Virus record (IMG/VR): IMGVR_UViG_3300021791_000007
Location: 1 to 28,932 of that record
DNA: 28,932 nucleotides
Direction: 5' to 3' (one strand)
From: a virus
Taxonomy: Duplodnaviria; Caudoviricetes
A program made the translations under genes and the position numbers. A model generated the notes under the pieces. The model made no database searches, was not told the DNA's origin, and saw only the letters and a list, made by a program, of their open reading frames with translations. Each line of letters opens with the position of its first letter. The first letter of the stretch is position 1. Below are positions 25,701-28,932 of this stretch, piece by piece.

Positions 25701-26221
25701 AACTTCTAACGCTCCGCTACGCGCCGGGAAGTCCAAACAATACTGCTGCAAAATATCTTACATGCTATGACGATGACAGTGAGGGAACCTTACACATCTA
25801 TTCAAATGGCAATGTGGTCAACACCAACGATTCGTATGGCGGGTTATCTGACCTCAAGCTAAAGCAGGATGTTGCTGATGCCAGCAGCCAATGGGATGAC
25901 GTTAAAGCTTTGCGGCTCCGTAAGTTCCGGTTTAAGCACGCCGTCGCGGAAGATCCAGATGCACCTTATATGCTGGGTCTTATTGCACAAGAAACAGAAT
26001 TAATCTCCCCTAACCTTGTTGTTGATACTGAAGACTTAGAGGACGTGGAGGTTGAGCTTGAAGACGGCTCGACAGAGATGAGGAGATTACCAAACGGCGA
26101 AACAACTAAAGAGTTGAAGTACAGTATCCTGCACACAAAGGCATTTGGAGCCTTGCAGGAGGCTATGGCGCGAATCGAAGAATTAGAAGCAAAAGTTGCT
26201 TCTTTAGAAGAGGCTAGTTAG
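16745..26221 (+). CDS. giant modular tail fibre (3158 aa) with C-terminal peptidase S74 intramolecular chaperone
   Basis: N-terminal anchor (EVVKVT...LTVVRGQDGT), many GNVGIG repeats, SDLKLKQD...FRFK...GLIAQE autocleavage domain from ~25847, terminal coiled coil. Confidence 0.92.
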   Translation: MAVKFSNLASSTLSSGINDSVTTVPVASASSFPSLSGSDYFYLSLGIGAGSEVVKVTGVSGTNLTVVRGQDGTTAAAWTSGTTIALRVVAAALDDISSLASTAADTESVSISGDTMTGALKLPNGSEGAPSYAFSGQASSGMYLLGTSQLGLSVSSSRKFRLLTTRAYFDNLSSGVYVGGPLEASGTLTVPTMKTTASGQHYLLNTTGAGQNAYITYQDNSANKWEHGKNTLDKFFVYSYALGDTVLTLQNDGKVGIRQTTPTEALHIKTRGAPASIRLEQFDTSGAPGNNDVIGSIDWSINDDGTFSGADTVRARIQAVVENTSSGTGLRFFSGNTSVATPVERMRIIPDGKVGIGTASPSGLLHLVDGAGTVPTLGGGTNFIIQNNDTTSDVARLNVIGGAAGYSTLHFGDAAAYNVGGVIYNHSTNTMTLDAGGTTGIAIDSSGRVGIGITAPDSHVNLHIQDSAYAFLALEATASGGRQYELFSYAADESFHIYDRNADAYRLSIDETGKVGIGTTSPADELELKGDGYRFRVSSADQMIASLGNWGNSGADIDEGYLSLYSSGTEAIRIASNAGSYFNGGIVSIGHTASITQEVVQSGSTISSWTPDLQVNKSANGGVAISQWNTGNTASANLWLTKSSNATVGTHGSLDTDEAIGRIIFSASDGSTFTNSASIEAFADAGQGSNDTPGRLEFKTTADGTAAPTTRMTIDHAGDVSMTVGTGNTGLSMIPSAAGSTSIILNTFADNAAGRNWAFRNRYNAHGLLEVMRSTSNSAAPLTPVMTFSGSDGTVSIPGATNLQGATDQTGVLRTNSTVSISGGSGWFAPSASLHVRQSSADDNDTGLIVETTDDGERTRIVLKSGSSVGDGLISLNYYGFSMGYVGDEQIINIGRGSKYVGIGMGNTQPAHLLDIKGASGTSPLLQITNSDTEDNDTGRESTIRFSGYRSGGEAVINGQITGTHDGSADDDKGMLTFFTNAGSGIAEKFRIGAAGQLGVGGANYGTDGQVLTSTGATTAPAWEDAGAASNYWTLSSGNVYRSSGLVGIGLSSAPKTLLQISGTPVTTGGGDVASVLTLMNTASAADGNKVGITFSTNSGGTANAFITAEQDGSNHGTLHFGGYDGNANRATVLSIDAGANVATFAGQIIADDSTDAGAPVYSFTGDADTGFFREGANTIGISTGGTRRWSISGSSMTSQITGGARITQANGSPGAPNFTFNDDSNTGMYRVAADKLGFTTGGTFRAVIDGDGDFGIGTASPTSRLHIYEDDSSFGNTQLHIENDKTDDAAVLRIEGKRTSLNDTAQILFANNGSLGSAIKAYSAGQDGDLRFYTSGASSGDTLNEMLRLDNNGLLSFKASGNAQGINFEQGNSRIYFGGIRAIEGSTASSGNLELGEGYSGKVQTHSDAGFNVADGSLQVGGTEVISSSRAATFVGINSTSGTVQFTDGGSTFDSSNANGYPVFSQTNGSAQIGFARAGGSTGLGYIGADVNNVFAVFDSSFVKHFIVTQGGTVNIPTGALQMGGTQIIDASRNMSNMGNITGAWLYTGGITATAASTLSTVLISGVSNYTGLEVKGAGGSRPQVKFSNVNDGVIGQIYGTEANALVIATGTGGAAALTLDSSQQATFGNHIVLPTVSSTAGQLRGNIGGLELQSNRSGDMGILGTFNNGTFGFQLYAHSTGYGFLDGVWSSWDIKKVPDGNLYLNDDNTHYLNPPSTSIMNRIDANIYYDKGNTGYYVDPASTSTLYRVLFNEHLVGQTAGGYVQTQGSSGNLWAIGSGGGTSAPGTASTTFGIHNYNGSAWSNPVVILNNGNFLIGDDVDSTFRLHVRKNDATRANIARFENNTNGGDSKVVIAAQANQSGDPYLYFDAGGQDFAIGELWTSGANKMTIGKAIPSAFGAGDGIVIDQSGNVGIGTTSPAYPIHVESSVAGDWMGKIKNTHATNGNGLLIHAGDDASVKALHVGSYNGTGQYLVVRGDGNVGIGTDGPAQKFHVAAGYIHADAGYGITWDNTHERIEQSDGKLEFFTNNGEAMTLSGSNLGIGTTSPGYPIHVESSVAGDWMGKIKNTHATNGYGLLIHAGDDASVKALSVGNYAGTGDYLVVRGDGNVGIGATSPGYKLHVTGTIGVFTGGDALLYLGEGESGGSYSKIYWKSSDDTLRLGTQAGGDTVVINESGNVGIGATNPGTKLDVSTVANVAGIRVVAPNTTGQSYGVTIAAGSNASDYAFNINNAAGTGLVRVRGDGNVGIGETAPWAKLHVNKGGGSGVNDADDTLLLSDSDYVSFMMEHYNAASGSRNVRFRNNAGVVTVERMNDAATTLTSTTMTIDTPNGRVHVIGSGTTINNANTGELQIGAGLASAGSAGSVQRLAMQPYAHTGGPWTFTARDTSSKAYLDIGYGAGPDVTFTSDGSVGINDTTPEFPLTIGITSSTTQQVGLEVTQATSGNDGRIRFKNTADSNYVRMGMESNGTFFVEPYTGSQYLKVLKITKVGVMTLTGNESHFYRGSNDVGTGHEMYWTGSNYAGSMIDYAMIKNSIVSRTNGAESADLIFKVKNAGSFTQPMTIKYDGNVEMSEGLTVGDGLTVNGAGGVVYYEQGQGAPAINSDNTVGALVLKDKDNNWEGTLYATSTEFGFLNGEWASWDQRKVKAGNLYLNNNNSYYMNPGVTSIFNDLRANIVYDQNNTAYHSDPSATTTLSTLNVNATATFNSTFTISNSASDVKISLQGTNDPLIHWKEGTTDRFYIQWRAGYNAPIYVNQESNTHEFYGTGGSTALRFKSDNETIRGYVYTDTSGMGFLDKDGQWAFYHVHDQYTRFSVNNGGHCYAYSSSFRAPIFYDSDNTAYYIDGAGTSVFNTLRANTTFGVNTTSSTHVSTTKIQAIASSGAPATGSTTQGNSALCLEGQPGIRLDIGSNYSWGSTHWFQTGNKTDLSARYGISLNPMGGSVTVGLAATPPSTSSYRFYVQNSSHNQPGALVESTHAGQSASELLTLRYAPGSPNNTAAKYLTCYDDDSEGTLHIYSNGNVVNTNDSYGGLSDLKLKQDVADASSQWDDVKALRLRKFRFKHAVAEDPDAPYMLGLIAQETELISPNLVVDTEDLEDVEVELEDGSTEMRRLPNGETTKELKYSILHTKAFGALQEAMARIEELEAKVASLEEAS
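22487..23089 (+). repeat. ~219-bp imperfect direct repeat inside the tail fibre (22487-22705 and 22871-23089)
   Basis: Both copies encode GIGTTSPxYPIHVESSVAGDWMGKIKNTHATNGxGLLIHAGDDASVKAL...YLVVRGDGNVGIG; offset 384 bp. Confidence 0.95.
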
Positions 26222-26258
26222 TGATAATTAGCCAGCTATTAACTAACGGAGGTCTGAA

Positions 26259-26633
26259 ATGACAGACACTTGGCAACTCACCTCGTGGGATACGAGGACA
26301 GAGGGCGACCACGATGATGTTGTTGTACAGACTCGCTGGACTTTGACGGTAACGGATGAAGATGGTGATGAAGGCATCTTTAATGGCGCTACACCTTTCT
26401 CGGTAGATCCAGAGGGCGATTTCATTGCCTTCGATGAACTGGACGAAGAGACGGTTTTAGGTTGGATTACCGACTACGTTGATTCAATCCCAGGGTATCG
26501 AGCCCACATTGATGAGCAGATTGCAAAAGCCATCAATGAGAAAAAGAACCCTGTCACCACTGAGCGTCCTATACCCTGGAATCCTGAGCCTGAGCCTGAG
26601 CCAGAGCCGGTGGAACCAGAAGAAGACGATTGA
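26259..26633 (+). CDS. tail fibre assembly/accessory protein with (PE)n tail
   Basis: FIxFDELxEExVLGW...PW motif common in genes downstream of fibres; SD GGAGG. Confidence 0.7.
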   Translation: MTDTWQLTSWDTRTEGDHDDVVVQTRWTLTVTDEDGDEGIFNGATPFSVDPEGDFIAFDELDEETVLGWITDYVDSIPGYRAHIDEQIAKAINEKKNPVTTERPIPWNPEPEPEPEPVEPEEDD

Positions 26634-26660
26634 TTTCTAACACGCTTATAAGGAGCGAAA

Positions 26661-26936
26661 ATGGCTTTATTGAAAGATAAGGAAGAGCAGCAAGAAGACA
26701 ACGTCATCAACATTGATGGCACTGAATATGATGTGGATGATTTCGATGATCAACAGAAGTACATCATCCAGCATATTCGTAACCTACAGGCTGTTGTTGG
26801 TCAGATGCGTTTCGAGCTGGATCAGAAACAGGTATCGCTCGACGGTTTTACCAAGCTCCTGATGGAGTCCATCGAGGCGGCAAAAGCTTCGGGTAATGGT
26901 GAAGACGTCGAAGATGCGGAAGTTATCGAGAATTGA
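26661..26936 (+). CDS. small coiled-coil protein (possible fibre chaperone)
   Basis: IxIDGxEYxxDD...Q coiled coil; SD AAGGAG. Confidence 0.75.
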   Translation: MALLKDKEEQQEDNVINIDGTEYDVDDFDDQQKYIIQHIRNLQAVVGQMRFELDQKQVSLDGFTKLLMESIEAAKASGNGEDVEDAEVIEN

Positions 26937-27319
26937 TTGACCTGATCGGTAGGCTTATCGAACCCGTTTCGGGAATTCTCGACAAGGTCGTTACCGACAA
27001 GGATGAGCGCAATCGTTTAGCGCACGAGATTAGTACAATGGCAGAGCGACACGCCCAGGCGTTAGCTTTGGCTCAGATTGAACTTAATCGCGTGGAGGCA
27101 GAACACTCTAGTGTTTTCGTCTCTGGCTGGAGACCAGCCGCTGGATGGGTCGCGACGGCTGGGTTGTTGTACCAGACGATATTGGTCAACTTCCTTGGTA
27201 TCTGGTTTGAGATGCCAGAGATCGACTCGATGCTCCTAGTTGGAATACTTGGAGGCATGTTGGGTCTTGGTGGTCTTAGGAGTTTTGAAAAGAAAAGCGG
27301 AGTGAATCACTTACATTGA
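26933..27319 (+). CDS. holin of 3TMs (GTA_holin_3TM/DUF3154-like)
   Basis: ILDKxxxDKD...Q.E.N..EA...FVSGWRPAxGW...GMLGLGGLRSFEK signature. Confidence 0.88.
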   Translation: MIDLIGRLIEPVSGILDKVVTDKDERNRLAHEISTMAERHAQALALAQIELNRVEAEHSSVFVSGWRPAAGWVATAGLLYQTILVNFLGIWFEMPEIDSMLLVGILGGMLGLGGLRSFEKKSGVNHLH

Positions 27320-28932
27320 GCGGATTCAGACTACAAAATTTTAGCGGAAAAGCCCCTAAAATCTTCGCTCGCCTGCTCCCTGACGATATGGCACAGGTAG
27401 CAACGAACGTAAGGCTGGATAGTGGGCGCCTAGAACCCTGGAATGGGAATGCTTCTGCGTCCATTACTCCCGTAGCTTCGTACAGCATTTCCGCTGGAAC
27501 GAAAACTCTGTTCAGGTACTCCTCTTCTGTGTGGATCGGTAGCAATGAGGAGATCGACTTCGTTCGTTCCCCTATTGCAGAAGATCCACACGAGAGAATC
27601 TACGCCACCGGGATTGGGACAGAGGGTGCGTCCAGTGGCTTCCCCCGAATGACCACCGCCTCTATTGTTGGCAATGGAACGTATTACCGTCTGGGAATCC
27701 CAAAACCGGCGGTGCTAGATTCGATCACCCTGGACCCATCTACCTCAACAAAGGTTGATGAAGAGACGCCTCAGAGCCGAACCTACATCTTTACCTACGT
27801 GAGTTATTACGGTGAAGAGGGTCCGCCAATGACGGCGACTACCAGCACGATTGTTGACGTCTACTCGGATCAAACGGCAGAGGTCAATTTCCCCGCTAAT
27901 CCATCAGGTAGTTACTACCTCACCAAGAAGCGGCTCTATCGCACTGACTCGGATGGTAATTTTAGGCAAGTTGATGATGTCCCTATTGCCAACGATACCT
28001 ATGACGACTCGAAGCTGGAGGCGAATCTTGGCGAAATTATCCCATCCTCAACCTGGGTAGCACCCCCTGACGAAGTGTCGGCGGATCATAAAGACGGTCC
28101 AATGCTTGGTTTGGTCGCCCTACCGAACGGGATATTGGCTGGGTTTGCAGGACAAACGGTCATGTTCTCCGAGGCATTCATGCCCCACGCCTTTCCAGAC
28201 GCCTATAAGTTAACGGTGAAGTCAGACATTGTGGCTATCGCTCCATTGAACGTCGGGCTGCTCGTGCTGACGAAAGAGAAACCGGCGTTAATACAGGGGT
28301 CGGACCCGTCCTCGATGGCAATGACCGAGATTGATTCAACCCTGTCCTGTGTGGCGAAACGCTCCGTAGTGGATATGGGTGAATATGTCATCTATGCGTC
28401 TCCAGACGGACTCGTCATGGGAACTGATCGCGGCTTACGATTGGTCACTGAGGAACTCCTCACTCGGGATCAATGGCAAGCCCTGGTGCCTTCCACTATC
28501 GTAGGTTTTCAGTGGGAGGGGCATTACTTAGGCTTTTACAATGACGGTTCAGAATCCAAGGGGTTTATTTTCGACCCACGCGGCGGGAAAAACTCTTACG
28601 TCAAACTAGACTTCCACGCCACGGCTGGATTTAACGATCTAGAGAACGACGATCTGTATCTAGTTATCGGTGGATCGGTTGTTAAGTTTGCTAGTGGTTC
28701 ATCCTTGACGTACACCTGGCGGTCAAAAAAATTCTTCACCGCGAGACCTATTAACCCCGGTGTGGGGAAGGTCGATTGCGACTCCTACTCCCCTAACCCA
28801 ACACTCAAACTGTATGCAGATGGAACGCTGAAGCACAAGCATCGCTCCGATCTTCTGTGCCCCGCTGTGAACGCAGGGCAGGCGGTACGCGAGGTCGCGC
28901 TCCCTCTCAAGCTTCTTATCCCGGTCCACGGC
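27316..28932 (+). CDS. tail nozzle / DNA stabilization-type virion protein (933W-like), partial; last ~96 nt suspect
   Basis: TTG in TTGA overlap; MSGFRLQNFSGKAPKIFARLLPDDMAQVATN..., YIFTYVxxYGEEGPP, LPNGILAGF, FSExFxPHAFP, YASPDGLV; frame read as open to the window end. Confidence 0.8.
   Translation, partial: MSGFRLQNFSGKAPKIFARLLPDDMAQVATNVRLDSGRLEPWNGNASASITPVASYSISAGTKTLFRYSSSVWIGSNEEIDFVRSPIAEDPHERIYATGIGTEGASSGFPRMTTASIVGNGTYYRLGIPKPAVLDSITLDPSTSTKVDEETPQSRTYIFTYVSYYGEEGPPMTATTSTIVDVYSDQTAEVNFPANPSGSYYLTKKRLYRTDSDGNFRQVDDVPIANDTYDDSKLEANLGEIIPSSTWVAPPDEVSADHKDGPMLGLVALPNGILAGFAGQTVMFSEAFMPHAFPDAYKLTVKSDIVAIAPLNVGLLVLTKEKPALIQGSDPSSMAMTEIDSTLSCVAKRSVVDMGEYVIYASPDGLVMGTDRGLRLVTEELLTRDQWQALVPSTIVGFQWEGHYLGFYNDGSESKGFIFDPRGGKNSYVKLDFHATAGFNDLENDDLYLVIGGSVVKFASGSSLTYTWRSKKFFTARPINPGVGKVDCDSYSPNPTLKLYADGTLKHKHRSDLLCPAVNAGQAVREVALPLKLLIPVHG

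Noticed and set aside
26583-26609. CCTGAG short tandem repeat as a contingency locus
   Set aside because: In-frame hexamer encoding a PE linker; length change would not shift the frame.
1-28932. tRNA, integrase/att site, or further ribozymes
   Set aside because: No cloverleaf, recombinase motif or additional CUGANGA...GAAA core with stems was recognised in the other intergenic gaps. A covariance-model scan would be needed to exclude them.

Overview
A 28.9-kb fragment of a tailed dsDNA phage, most likely a podovirus-type virion with a P22/933W-like portal, coat, adaptor and nozzle arrangement. The host is probably an aquatic proteobacterium (inference). The left ~5 kb is a GC-richer minus-strand 'early' operon driven by a near-consensus sigma70 promoter (TTGACA-17-TATCTT at 5013-4985). 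It encodes a papain/C39-like protein, a PAPS-reductase-family protein, small ORFs, a SNF2 helicase and hypotheticals. The rest is a plus-strand packaging/morphogenesis module: terS, DUF5675, HNH, terL, portal, scaffold, major capsid, adaptors, a 3158-aa modular tail fibre with an S74 chaperone, a 3TM holin and a truncated nozzle-like gene. The most striking feature is two complete, co-oriented type I hammerhead ribozymes (2870-2923 and 3287-3338, minus strand). They fill the only intergenic spacers of the early operon and bracket one 105-aa gene. Double cleavage would release a 417-nt RNA cassette whose circularisation would rebuild an intact ribozyme. One ribozyme has the upstream stop codon inside its catalytic core, and the other has a predicted pseudoknot beside the helicase RBS. 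Also noted: no GGCC found on manual reading, a structured non-coding tract after terS, DNA-level anchor repeats between tail-fibre modules, and a probably chimeric last ~96 nt. All calls come from reading motifs by eye; no database searches were run.
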